Below are positions 39,666 to 49,425 of a stretch of 64,000 nucleotides of DNA, piece by piece; within the stretch, counting starts at the first letter, position 1, and each line of letters starts with the position of its first letter. The DNA lies in IMG/VR virus record IMGVR_UViG_3300029337_000071, positions 11,801 through 75,800 of that record. One strand, given 5' to 3'. The notes beneath the pieces were generated by a model. That model had not been told where the DNA came from. It worked only from the letters and a program-made list of their open reading frames with translations, and ran no database searches. Position numbers and translations under genes: made by a program. The DNA is from a virus.

Positions 39666-40013
39666 TTATTCTATCCTTTCTGTCTTATACAAATCTTCTA
39701 CACCTATAAATTCAACACATTCTGGAATAACAAGCACACCTTTCTTAATACTTTTATAAATCCATTCACCTATTTTCTCGGCATCGTCAAATGGTAAATC
39801 AGTTTTAAAAAGAAATACTCTTGGAATCGTACCTGTAACAGTAGATGAAACATTTGGTATTTTAATTAAATTCTCTTTTTGAATAATAGGATCTCTGAAT
39901 ATGAGCTTTAGGTATCCTTCACCCACATTTTCTTCACCAACAAATCTATACCCAAGGTTTTCGTATTTCTTAATTGTATCTTTTGCTTCATATATTTTTA
40001 CACCAACTGTCAT
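39666..40013 (-). CDS. hypothetical protein (115 aa)
   Basis: ORF. Confidence 0.4.
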   Translation of the reverse strand: MTVGVKIYEAKDTIKKYENLGYRFVGEENVGEGYLKLIFRDPIIQKENLIKIPNVSSTVTGTIPRVFLFKTDLPFDDAEKIGEWIYKSIKKGVLVIPECVEFIGVEDLYKTERIE

Positions 40014-40319
40014 CTACTTATTCTCCTCATCTTCGCCTAAAATTTCCTTTCTTAATGAGTTCCAACCATTATCATAGCCATCACAATATTCATCCATATA
40101 TTCATCATTGTGAGTCTCTTCTGGTAATTCTTTTAATGGACACCAATTTGGTTTTTCTTGACAATATCCATTTTTACTATCAACCATTCTACAAAGAGTA
40201 TTATCATTTGGCTCATCCATTAATTCACAACATGCTTCGATACCTTCTTGTATTTCTCTACAAAAATTACAATCACAACAAGTTCCAGGCATATCTAACA
40301 CTAAAACAGCTTTACTCAT
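40014..40319 (-). CDS. Cys-rich protein, paralog of 27527..27727
   Basis: MSKAVLVLDMPGTCCDCNFCREIQEGIEACCELMDEPNDNTLCRM. Confidence 0.5.
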   Translation of the reverse strand: MSKAVLVLDMPGTCCDCNFCREIQEGIEACCELMDEPNDNTLCRMVDSKNGYCQEKPNWCPLKELPEETHNDEYMDEYCDGYDNGWNSLRKEILGEDEENK

Positions 40320-40387
40320 ATATTTAATCCTCTTTTTCTTTATTTTTATATGTATTTGTTCTCTGAAAACTCAGAAGAAATTCCGCT

Positions 40388-41113
40388 TTACTTAGAACTT
40401 TTATTTTTATACACAAACAGCTTTTCTCTTCGAAAATCCTTAATGCTATTACACTTTCTATTGCTGTCAAATGTAATCTTAACTTGTTTCTCCCAAATGC
40501 AATCAAAGTCATCTGGCATTGAATATTCACTTATAATGACAATATTGTCTTTAGACATTTCTCTACACCATTGATAAAATTGTTCATATGGAAATTCACC
40601 TGTTTTATATTTTGTTGTATTTTTATACGGTGGATCGCAATATATTACATACCCATGTAAGTTAGAATAATCTAAAAATGAAGCTGTTCTAAAATGGATA
40701 TCTTTAAGATTTGGAGCTTGCTTCATACATGATTTGTAAGAATAAATATCTCCACGATGTTTAGCATCATCACGCTTTGCATAACCCCCAAACCACTTTG
40801 CTCCAAAACTAAGTTCATATCCTATATACCCTGTTATAAAATCAGAATACTTGTCAGGATTATTTTTTACATCAATATAAAATTCTTTCGATACTTCTTT
40901 TGGTGGTTCAATTCCTTGCTGCAAACCAATAAGTACAGAGATTACATATTTATCAATATCGCTTCCTATCTTATTGTCGCATTCAATTTTATCAATAATA
41001 TTTGCACCACCTACGAATGGTTCTAAATAACCATTGCATCCATTGTCTATGTAATTCTGTATAATCGGTACAATTTGTTTTGATAACCGATTTTTGCTTC
41101 CCATGTAAATCAT
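40388..41113 (-). CDS. Dam-family (D12 class) N6-adenine DNA methyltransferase
   Basis: MIYMGSKNRLSKQIV...EPFVGGANI and IYCDPPYKNT. Paralog of 34499..35251. Confidence 0.6.
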   Translation of the reverse strand: MIYMGSKNRLSKQIVPIIQNYIDNGCNGYLEPFVGGANIIDKIECDNKIGSDIDKYVISVLIGLQQGIEPPKEVSKEFYIDVKNNPDKYSDFITGYIGYELSFGAKWFGGYAKRDDAKHRGDIYSYKSCMKQAPNLKDIHFRTASFLDYSNLHGYVIYCDPPYKNTTKYKTGEFPYEQFYQWCREMSKDNIVIISEYSMPDDFDCIWEKQVKITFDSNRKCNSIKDFRREKLFVYKNKSSK

Positions 41114-41186
41114 TATATATCAGGAGTAAACGCTGCGTTTTCGGTATACCAAACCTCTTACTCCTTCCTTTTATGTTATTCTCTAT

Positions 41187-42155
41187 TTAATATTCCCAAT
41201 CATCATTTCTAACCTGGAATACATCGCCACACTCTTCAATATCTGGATAATTATATGTGGCAACATTCATAGCATATTTATCTATTTCATACGCTTTATA
41301 TATAATATTTGTAAATCCCATTTTTTCTAAACAATATCTACCAGTAGCAATACCATCATATAAGCTTAGAACTTCAATAGGATAATCTCGTGGAACATTC
41401 TTTAATCCCTGATTTAAAATATGAATAATTACCTCTGACGTCCATCCATTACCAATACATTTATAACGTTGCGTTTCAGGAACACCATTACATAATGTAT
41501 AATTATCAGGTAACGTCTGTAATCTTTCTGCTTCTAAGGGATTTAATTTTCTTACTTCTCCATTGATAAGATACAATCCAGTTTTTGCACCTCTTCCACC
41601 ACCATTGGCAGACAAAGTGCATGATTTACCATTTATGGAATATACTCTTTCACCTTGTCCACCTTTACCAATAGTGCCAATTCTAACAAGTTTATTGTTA
41701 TCCTTAGTATCATCTCTGTTATTAAATTTGACCTCATTTATTAAGTTTTCTTTGTGGAATTCAACATCAAGAATATCTTTCACTCTTATACCTTTATCTA
41801 TAATGTTTTTTAGATCAATATTGAGATTAGTAGCATAAATACGATGTCGAGTTTGTGCTGATAATAATGCACTGTTGATATGTAATAGATTAACATTTAA
41901 TCGTTTTTCGATTTCCTTTTGAATTTCTTTTGATATACTTTCGTTGTTTTCATATAAAAATATATCTGGTTGCCATTTTTCTTTCGCAATTAAATAATTT
42001 TTAAATAATTCCCATCCTGTACCTTCACAAGTGGTTTCTCTTCTTTCGGGTGATTGTGAGATTGACCAAAATGTACAAGGCGAACCACCTATTAACAAAC
42101 GTAATGGTCGTCCATTAAGCTCACAATAATTATTTTTTTCTTTATTCTCTGTCAA
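41187..42155 (-). CDS. C5-cytosine DNA methyltransferase with permuted motif order (IV-VI-VIII ... X-I-II); TTG start without SD
   Basis: Motifs in order: GGSPCTFWS (IV, PC), LYENNES (VI, ENV), QTRHR (VIII), IGNGW (X), then C-terminal LSLYDGIATG (I) and AYEIDKYAMNVATYNYP (II). Confidence 0.5.
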   Translation of the reverse strand: MTENKEKNNYCELNGRPLRLLIGGSPCTFWSISQSPERRETTCEGTGWELFKNYLIAKEKWQPDIFLYENNESISKEIQKEIEKRLNVNLLHINSALLSAQTRHRIYATNLNIDLKNIIDKGIRVKDILDVEFHKENLINEVKFNNRDDTKDNNKLVRIGTIGKGGQGERVYSINGKSCTLSANGGGRGAKTGLYLINGEVRKLNPLEAERLQTLPDNYTLCNGVPETQRYKCIGNGWTSEVIIHILNQGLKNVPRDYPIEVLSLYDGIATGRYCLEKMGFTNIIYKAYEIDKYAMNVATYNYPDIEECGDVFQVRNDDWEY

Positions 42156-42348
42156 AATACACTATTTTACAGAGGTTACGTAACCATAATTACCTAGGAG
42201 TTACTGCTTAATTCCTTTCTTCTTAATTATTTTGTTGTAAAATCCTATGGAATTAACACGTCTGCTAAAACCATAGGAAAAAATAATTCTTGTTACTTTT
42301 ATTTGGAAAATTTGGCTGAATCGCCAAGATAGAAATTTCTATATATGA

Positions 42349-42651
42349 TTATTCTTCGCCTTGAAATGATTTAATTCGATTTTCTAAATAATCAATCTCT
42401 TCATTCCAATGGTCTATTAACATCTCTTCAATTTGATGCTTTGCATCTTCTATACTGTCTGCAAACAATGTATCATATTCAACATTTAGTTCTTTTGATA
42501 CATATATAAATATGTTTTCGTCTGTCTCATCTTGTACAAAACCAGCTACTACATTTTTTTCATCATCTTCTTCATAAAATTGACTAAAATGTAATTTATA
42601 ACATTCCTTACCAAATTTATTCTTTTCACCTGTTTTCCAATATTTCTTCAC
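42349..42651 (-). CDS. hypothetical protein, paralog of 31863..32165 (GTG start)
   Basis: KKYWKTGEKNKFGKECYKLHFSQFYEEDDEKNVVAGFVQDETDEN. GAGGTG RBS upstream of GTG. Confidence 0.45.
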   Translation of the reverse strand: MKKYWKTGEKNKFGKECYKLHFSQFYEEDDEKNVVAGFVQDETDENIFIYVSKELNVEYDTLFADSIEDAKHQIEEMLIDHWNEEIDYLENRIKSFQGEE

Positions 42652-42717
42652 TTTATCACCTCGCTTAATTTGGCTGACCAACCTTTGAATAGAATTACTT
42701 CTATATTAGATTATTCT

Positions 42718-43107
42718 CTACTTTACAAATGGATTATCCATAATATGGTCATTAATCATATTTTTAAATCCAAAAGGTGAATCAATCACCCTATCTGAAT
42801 ATTTGAATTGTTGTAAAAATCTGATTACATCACGAGCATCACCAGATGATAATGGCATAAATGATACGTACTCTGGGTGACCTTTAATACATACAACAGC
42901 CCAAGAATGGTCGCTATGTAAATGAATATCAGTTCCGACATCCATCATTGAATTTATTAATTGATGACAATCATTGACTAATCTATATGCGTCTGAATAT
43001 TGGTTTCGTGCCATTTGCATCTGTATAGTAGATTTTTGCAAGTCCTTTAATTCAGTCTCAAAGAACCAAGTTCTTAATTTATTTCGTATTTTATCTTTTA
43101 TTTTCAC
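42718..43107 (-). CDS. hypothetical protein (129 aa)
   Basis: ORF. Confidence 0.45.
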   Translation of the reverse strand: MKIKDKIRNKLRTWFFETELKDLQKSTIQMQMARNQYSDAYRLVNDCHQLINSMMDVGTDIHLHSDHSWAVVCIKGHPEYVSFMPLSSGDARDVIRFLQQFKYSDRVIDSPFGFKNMINDHIMDNPFVK

Positions 43108-43121
43108 GTTCTCACCTCACT

Positions 43122-43895
43122 TTACAATATCCTAACAATCTGTTCATACAAACAAATATCTCTGTCATTGATTGCCTTATTTAAATGCATATGACCAAAC
43201 AGATGTTTTTTGTATTCAGTTGTAGCTTTCACTTCTTCCAAATAATTAGTCAATATATCTGATTCATATAATCCTTTACCACCCATAAGATACAAATCTG
43301 ATGTAGAAGGGCTATGTGTAATAATATAATCAACTATATTGTTATTTTCTTTTAAAACCTCTAGTCCATACTGCATTTCTTCATCTGTTGGCAATTCCTC
43401 TTTCCACCAAGATAAATCCTTGATACGATACATATACTTACCTTGCTTATCAAGCTTCTTGGCTTCTTCTCTCCAATCCTCATCATTATAATCAAGAATG
43501 CCATCTTGAATATCATGACTTGATGCTCCACCAAAAGCAAAAAATTTCTTATCTTCGATAGTGAAAACCTCACCACGCATTAAGTGAAGTACATTGGATC
43601 TTATTTCATGAACCTTACCTCCATGCCATTCTTTTACAGGATAAGTCACAAGCCTTTTATGATTCTCGTGATTTCCGTCAACAAATATAGTTGTGAATGG
43701 TTTCTGATTTAACCAATCCAACCAATATTTTTCCTGTTTGCTTTCACCATCTCTGTTCCATACAAGACCAAAATCGCCAAGAATAATTACAATGTTCTCA
43801 TCTTTATTTCCAGAGAAATCTTTCTGTTCATAGAAACTATCTTTACTTAATCTTACAGGATTTCCATGTATATCGCCTGTTACAAATACTGCCAT
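43122..43895 (-). CDS. calcineurin-like metallophosphoesterase
   Basis: N-terminal VTGDIHGN, ILGDFG, VDGNHENH (GDxHG...GNHE motifs). Confidence 0.6.
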   Translation of the reverse strand: MAVFVTGDIHGNPVRLSKDSFYEQKDFSGNKDENIVIILGDFGLVWNRDGESKQEKYWLDWLNQKPFTTIFVDGNHENHKRLVTYPVKEWHGGKVHEIRSNVLHLMRGEVFTIEDKKFFAFGGASSHDIQDGILDYNDEDWREEAKKLDKQGKYMYRIKDLSWWKEELPTDEEMQYGLEVLKENNNIVDYIITHSPSTSDLYLMGGKGLYESDILTNYLEEVKATTEYKKHLFGHMHLNKAINDRDICLYEQIVRIL

Positions 43896-43898
43896 AAT

Positions 43899-44342
43899 TT
43901 ACCTCTTACACACTAAAATCTCAACATCCATATCTGCAAAAACATCTTTAATCTGTTCTGAGACATCATTCCAGTTCAACCTATCTAACCCACAACCAAT
44001 TACAGGCATTGCAATCTTTTTGATATTATTCTCTAAACAAATCTGTTTCATCTTTTCGAGTGCGAATTTCATTGTGATAATTGTTGGCTTGTGAAAATAT
44101 CTCTCTTTTGTAATAAGATTAAATACTCTACCCTCTAATAGACAGTCACCACCAATTCTCTTATGAGTATACTGGTTAAGATAATCTGGATATTTTGTCT
44201 GCAATTTTCGTTTCATATCAAATCTTTTATTGAATTCAACTACAATTCCTTTACCCATTCCAAAATCTGCACTAATACAATGTGCTAAATAATAATCTTC
44301 TGGTACTTTAAATAAGTCTTTGCGATCTTCTCTATACGTCAT
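43899..44342 (-). CDS. macro domain protein (ADP-ribose binding/processing)
   Basis: LAHCISADFGMGKGIVVEFNKRF ... IAMPVIGCGLDRLNW; 147 aa. Confidence 0.55.
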   Translation of the reverse strand: MTYREDRKDLFKVPEDYYLAHCISADFGMGKGIVVEFNKRFDMKRKLQTKYPDYLNQYTHKRIGGDCLLEGRVFNLITKERYFHKPTIITMKFALEKMKQICLENNIKKIAMPVIGCGLDRLNWNDVSEQIKDVFADMDVEILVCKR

Positions 44343-44352
44343 TTATTTCACC

Positions 44353-44562
44353 TCACTCTATGTACATCATTCTCGCTATGTTATCACCCATATATTCAAC
44401 CGCATGATAATCTTCAATTGGCTTTAAAAAATCACATCTATTAGGTTCACATCCTCTTCCTTGATATAAATTACATGCATAGATACCATGCAACTGATTT
44501 GTACATTCAGAAAAGATACATCCTTTTGGCTCATTAGGCATTTTATCTACAATAATTTTCAT
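44353..44562 (-). CDS. Cys-rich hypothetical protein (69 aa)
   Basis: ORF. Confidence 0.4.
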   Translation of the reverse strand: MKIIVDKMPNEPKGCIFSECTNQLHGIYACNLYQGRGCEPNRCDFLKPIEDYHAVEYMGDNIARMMYIE

Positions 44563-44571
44563 AATCTCACC

Positions 44572-44730
44572 TCACTTGTCTTCTTTCCAATCAACCATAA
44601 TAAATGATAAAAATCCCAAACATGTCTCTATTAATAAAAATTTCCATAATTCAACTGGTTCGGGAAAAATAAAATTCATTAATAAGTTTAATGTCATAAG
44701 CCATATTAAAAATCTTATTGTAGATTTCAT
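44572..44730 (-). CDS. small membrane protein (52 aa)
   Basis: Unlisted ORF. TGGAGGATAACT lies upstream of the ATG. Two hydrophobic segments. Confidence 0.35.
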   Translation of the reverse strand: MKSTIRFLIWLMTLNLLMNFIFPEPVELWKFLLIETCLGFLSFIMVDWKEDK

Positions 44731-44790
44731 AGTTATCCTCCATTCGTAATCATATCTAAAAACAACAGCTCATCTTTCTTCAATGCGATG

Positions 44791-45027
44791 TCATAATCTT
44801 TCCTCTTGATTTTTAATTTTACTAAATTTTATCACTATTCTTTCTGTATGATAAAATTCTTTTTCGCACCTTATTTCATGTAAGTATCCTTTTTTCATAA
44901 AGTCACATATAACATCAAGATCATCAGCACTTCTATCTCCATCTCTAATATATTCAATGTCTTCACCTTGAGATTCTTTTATAATATCATCTATATCAAT
45001 TCTACAAATTCTATCATATGATTTCAT
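44791..45027 (-). CDS. hypothetical protein (78 aa)
   Basis: ORF. Confidence 0.4.
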   Translation of the reverse strand: MKSYDRICRIDIDDIIKESQGEDIEYIRDGDRSADDLDVICDFMKKGYLHEIRCEKEFYHTERIVIKFSKIKNQEERL

Positions 45028-45141
45028 ATTTTACCTCCAAAAATTTCGCAAGAAATGTGCGTTTCTTTCTAATGTAAAATATATACCATATATAGTATAC
45101 ATTGCTTATTTTTAATACTATATATGGTATATTTGTAACAA

Positions 45142-45531
45142 TTACTCACTTAATTCTGCAAGTGTCTTATCCAGTTCCTCATCAGACATATTTTCAAGTG
45201 CTGCATCCTGTCTCTTAGCCTTGATTTCAAGCAATCTCTGTCTCATCTCAGCATTTTTCTTAGCGTCTTCTCTCTTCTTTTTCTCATCCAGCTTCACACT
45301 AACAATATACTTGACAATTTCAATCTTATTAGAAATCTCCTCATCTTCCTTTGACTTGATATTCAGAAGACTTTCTTCCTCAGACTTCTTTGCTTCTGCA
45401 TTGAGTGTTTTAAACACTGAGTCCAGATTTGTGAGAGACAAATCCCACAAATCAATTACGTTAATCATTCCTCTAAATGGGAACTGATAGTTTGCTCTTG
45501 TTGCATTGATAAATAATTCGTTGTTTGTCAT
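45142..45531 (-). CDS. coiled-coil hypothetical protein (129 aa)
   Basis: ORF. Confidence 0.45.
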   Translation of the reverse strand: MTNNELFINATRANYQFPFRGMINVIDLWDLSLTNLDSVFKTLNAEAKKSEEESLLNIKSKEDEEISNKIEIVKYIVSVKLDEKKKREDAKKNAEMRQRLLEIKAKRQDAALENMSDEELDKTLAELSE

Positions 45532-45552
45532 AATAATAATCTCCTTTTCTAA

Positions 45553-47664
45553 TTAAAACTTAATCTTCATTACACGCTCTGTTGCGCCCTTAACCTTAAC
45601 AACTAAATCTGCTCTCTTTGTCATAGAGAATCCAATTCCTGAAAGCTGATCATCAGTATCTTCTACATGACACTTAGCACCTAAAGCCTCAAATACTCTC
45701 TTGTGCTTTTCAAGGTCACTCTTTAAGAACTCATTGTAATAGCCATTAGGACTTTCGTTGTTTACACAATCCTTCAGGAAGAAGAATAAATGTCTATGAC
45801 CAATTCCATCCTGTTCATCAAAATAATTTGGGCTATAACTGATTACTGATACAGGAACAAACTGATTCGTTTTGATATTCCACTTTTCAATAGGTGTACT
45901 ATCATTCTCTGCCATTTCAAGAATACTAAACTCGCCATTTTTTAATTCTAATTTTGCAAGAGTAATCCATTCCTTGTGCTGTAATGGTTCTCTTCTTACA
46001 AATCTATAAACATTACCGCCAAATGCAATTTCTGCTTTAAAGCCACCTGTTGTCGGATTTCTAAAATTCCAATTATGGATTTTAAAAGTGTATACACCCT
46101 CTTTCAATTTATCAATTGAAGGAAATGTTGTGTTTTCAACTGGAACATATCCAATAGGAGCAGGAGCGGTATAATCTACATCCTGAACTCCACCAGAAGC
46201 ATAATGTCTTCTATGATTCCATCCAACTCTTTCATCATTCCCATAATTATCATGAATTTCTTTCCCATTCTTGATAACAACATTCTGATTTGAACCAGGC
46301 ATAAACACATGTAAATCCATAAGAGAAGCATTTCTCATTCCATCATAATTCCAACTATGTGAAAATCTAAGAACCCCATCCGTTCTTCCACCAGCGGCTC
46401 TAACCTTTTCTGTAATCTCTGAGTCTGTAATATTTCCTGAATAAGCCCAAGATAATCCATTATTCCACTTAAACATTGTTTTAGCATCTGGATTAACTGG
46501 TGCAATCATAGATACAAAGTTCTTCTCATGCTTATTCTCTACAAATGCTTCAATCTCCTTTGCAGTTGGAAGTACCTTATCAATGAAATCCTGTGCTGAA
46601 ATCTCCTCAACCTTAGAAAACTTCTTAGGACTTACAGCAACATCTTTTTCCATCTGACCAAAAATATCATCTGCGCCAACCATTCTTCTTGCAGCACTTT
46701 TATTTGAGAACAGTACATTATTTACAGTAATATCATTCAGATTAGCAAATCTTCTCTGTAATGAATCCATATATCCAAGTTCTGTAATGGTCTTCTTTGC
46801 ATCCTCAAGCATTTTCTTTGTAAAAATAGCCTTTGGACGCTTATAATTGCTTGGAGCGACAATCTGCTCATACTTCTTAACTGCTGTGTCAAGATCCATA
46901 TCCTCACTTACATTAATAAGAAGTGTTCCAATGGAATGATTTCTAATTCTACCGATAGCCATACCTGCTGTTACCGACTTCTCCCAAGCATATAAATCCT
47001 TTTCAGTATCAGAAGTCAGCTTATCATATTCCTTCTTATACTTCTTGAACTCTGTGAGTACGCCTTTCCACTCTTCGCCCTTGTAAAGTGTATTTGAATT
47101 GATAAGTTCAAGAATTGTATCAAGTGCTTCCATAGTAATCTCATCGAGAGAACGCTTAAATACATTTCTTGTATCTCTGAACTGTCCTTTAACTTCCTCG
47201 TTAGAACGACTACTTCTATTTACGAACTTGCTTGGAAGCTCTAAGAAGAAATGATCCCACTGATGAGACTTTCCATTGATTTCCTCAAAGTTAAAATCTG
47301 TACCAATTTTAGGGAACTTAGTTGTATAAATATCTGTAACTGTATGAGCTTTTACGAAAGCATCAAGTGCATCACATACTGGCTGATATGTTGTATCACC
47401 AAGATTCAGTTCCCAAATCGTATGAATCTGGTTATCCTTGATAGTGACAGCAGAACCAATATTCTTAATAAACTGTCTACAACAACTACAATCATGTTCT
47501 CTACGCTCTCTGAAAATCTCATTTGTACCAGCAGGGAAGCTATCAAGATATGTATTCCATAATTCATTCTTATCTACATTTACTTCAAATAAATGTGTTG
47601 CCTCTTTCTGCATTTCATCGAAGTGCTTCTGTAAAGCCTTCTTAAACATCATAAATCCATCCAT
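45553..47664 (-). CDS. large hypothetical protein (about 703 aa), function unknown
   Basis: Long ORF. Start set at MDGFMMFKK, which has AGAAGAGG 8 nt upstream. Contains HDCSCCRQF; no family recognised. Confidence 0.5.
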   Translation of the reverse strand: MDGFMMFKKALQKHFDEMQKEATHLFEVNVDKNELWNTYLDSFPAGTNEIFRERREHDCSCCRQFIKNIGSAVTIKDNQIHTIWELNLGDTTYQPVCDALDAFVKAHTVTDIYTTKFPKIGTDFNFEEINGKSHQWDHFFLELPSKFVNRSSRSNEEVKGQFRDTRNVFKRSLDEITMEALDTILELINSNTLYKGEEWKGVLTEFKKYKKEYDKLTSDTEKDLYAWEKSVTAGMAIGRIRNHSIGTLLINVSEDMDLDTAVKKYEQIVAPSNYKRPKAIFTKKMLEDAKKTITELGYMDSLQRRFANLNDITVNNVLFSNKSAARRMVGADDIFGQMEKDVAVSPKKFSKVEEISAQDFIDKVLPTAKEIEAFVENKHEKNFVSMIAPVNPDAKTMFKWNNGLSWAYSGNITDSEITEKVRAAGGRTDGVLRFSHSWNYDGMRNASLMDLHVFMPGSNQNVVIKNGKEIHDNYGNDERVGWNHRRHYASGGVQDVDYTAPAPIGYVPVENTTFPSIDKLKEGVYTFKIHNWNFRNPTTGGFKAEIAFGGNVYRFVRREPLQHKEWITLAKLELKNGEFSILEMAENDSTPIEKWNIKTNQFVPVSVISYSPNYFDEQDGIGHRHLFFFLKDCVNNESPNGYYNEFLKSDLEKHKRVFEALGAKCHVEDTDDQLSGIGFSMTKRADLVVKVKGATERVMKIKF

Positions 47665-47727
47665 ATTTTGTACCTCTTCTTTCTTATATTTATTTTTGTT
47701 AATTGTTTCTACCGTTATATTCTCCAT

Positions 47728-48039
47728 TTATATCAAACCAGTTGCCTTATCCGGATTTTCATTAGCCCATTTTATCCATCTTTCAGCATAAGATTCAGTT
47801 TTATTATTTAGTCCAAACACTTCTCTTACGATGATATATCCTTCACAAATCGACTCTTCCATATCTTTTGTATTGTTATCTACATCATCTGCATCTAATG
47901 GTCGAAACACTGTTTTGGTAAAATATCTTCTACCATATTTCTTTGTTGTAGTGATTTTATTTATCTTATCCTTATATAACTTCCATACACCAGATGAATC
48001 TTTATTGATCTGCCCTACATAATCTCCAACGTTTAGCAT
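47728..48039 (-). CDS. hypothetical protein (103 aa)
   Basis: ORF. Confidence 0.45.
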   Translation of the reverse strand: MLNVGDYVGQINKDSSGVWKLYKDKINKITTTKKYGRRYFTKTVFRPLDADDVDNNTKDMEESICEGYIIVREVFGLNNKTESYAERWIKWANENPDKATGLI

Positions 48040-48081
48040 ATTGTCTCCTTTCTTAATTTCGCATGAAACGAAGTTTTCTTA

Positions 48082-48507
48082 CTACTTCCAACCACTACAA
48101 TCTCTACAACCTAATGCATATACATCACACTCTTTAACCGCACAAGTTTCACATTTATATGGTTCTCTGTATGATGTAATTTTATCTTGTAGTTCATTAA
48201 TTTCTTTCATAATAGTATCAATATCTTTTAACTTAATTCCAAAAAGAATCTTCTTCAATTCTTCATACATAAGTTTTTTTGATACATTTTTATCACTCTT
48301 ATTTGGTTTATATTTAAAATCATATTTCCATTGGTCTATTTCTCCATATCTACAATTCTTAACAATTGGGGAATCTGCTATTGGATGGCAACTGTTCTTA
48401 TTTGAACAATAATAATTATTTCTCACATAATCATGTTCACATCCATATTTACAAATATCACATGATACTCCCATATAAAATCTCCTTTCCAATTTACCAA
48501 ATTCCAT
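48082..48507 (-). CDS. Cys-rich hypothetical protein (141 aa)
   Basis: Multiple CxxC pairs. Confidence 0.45.
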   Translation of the reverse strand: MEFGKLERRFYMGVSCDICKYGCEHDYVRNNYYCSNKNSCHPIADSPIVKNCRYGEIDQWKYDFKYKPNKSDKNVSKKLMYEELKKILFGIKLKDIDTIMKEINELQDKITSYREPYKCETCAVKECDVYALGCRDCSGWK

Positions 48508-48721
48508 TTACCGTCTTATCAATAACTTCTTTCATCACTCCACCAGTCATTTTATTCATTGTATCTGTAACAAGACCTTTAAATTCTGCTCTTATTCGCC
48601 TATTATGACGAGTACAGGGTTTTGAACAATAATTGTTTCTTCTACATTTTTCACAATTACCATTTAATTTCCACTGTTCGTTTTCCTGAATCTGTTCCAT
48701 AATCTTTTCTCCTCTCTTCAA
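48494..48721 (-). CDS. Cys-rich hypothetical protein (75 aa)
   Basis: ORF. Confidence 0.4.
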   Translation of the reverse strand: MKRGEKIMEQIQENEQWKLNGNCEKCRRNNYCSKPCTRHNRRIRAEFKGLVTDTMNKMTGGVMKEVIDKTVNGIW

Positions 48722-48728
48722 AAAAATT

Positions 48729-49100
48729 CTACTTCGATATTTCTATTTTAATTTCAGTACCTTCATAATTACCTGTTATTTGCCTTTTTTCTACAGATAT
48801 TCCCTCTTGATATTCATTGATAACATTTTCTAAATATTTCATAATATCATAAAAATCTTTAAGCAACCAAGGATGTGTATAAGATATATGAATTCCATCA
48901 CATAAAAATCTCCAAAGAAAATCTTTTGCTTCGCTTTTACAATGCCACTCATCTTCATATTTAAATTCCATAGAACCAACATAATCATAATATTCAGAAT
49001 CATCAACTACTACGTCTCTATTAGTACAGCCAAAATCTTCGGCATTCCTTAAACTGTAATCACCGTCTGTATATAATGTATAACTAATATTTATTTGCAT
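48729..49100 (-). CDS. hypothetical protein (123 aa)
   Basis: ORF. Confidence 0.4.
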   Translation of the reverse strand: MQINISYTLYTDGDYSLRNAEDFGCTNRDVVVDDSEYYDYVGSMEFKYEDEWHCKSEAKDFLWRFLCDGIHISYTHPWLLKDFYDIMKYLENVINEYQEGISVEKRQITGNYEGTEIKIEISK

Positions 49101-49131
49101 CTTTTCACCTTTCTTCCTATGAAACCTAACA

Positions 49132-49377
49132 TTAATATGGCAATAAATACTCTCTTTCCTCTATATAAAATTCTTTTTGCCATCTATCCATTAAGTCATA
49201 ATGATTTTGTTCCATATAACAAGATGAACCATTATATCCATCATAATCTTTCCAGATTATTTCTTCTGCCAAGATATGTAATTCCTTATGTGATAACGAT
49301 GATAAAAAATCTCTAAATGTCACATAATTTATTCTCTTGTCTAATATTTTCTCAAGTTTTGTTTTTCTTCTAAACAT
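49132..49377 (-). CDS. hypothetical protein (81 aa)
   Basis: ORF. Confidence 0.4.
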   Translation of the reverse strand: MFRRKTKLEKILDKRINYVTFRDFLSSLSHKELHILAEEIIWKDYDGYNGSSCYMEQNHYDLMDRWQKEFYIEEREYLLPY

Positions 49378-49425
49378 CTTTTTCTACCTCTCTTCCAAAA
49401 AAAATCGGACATTTAATTCTTGTTA

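Noticed and set aside
40324-40530. 68-aa minus-strand ORF
   Set aside because: It overlaps the 3' end of the Dam-like MTase (40388-41113) in another frame.
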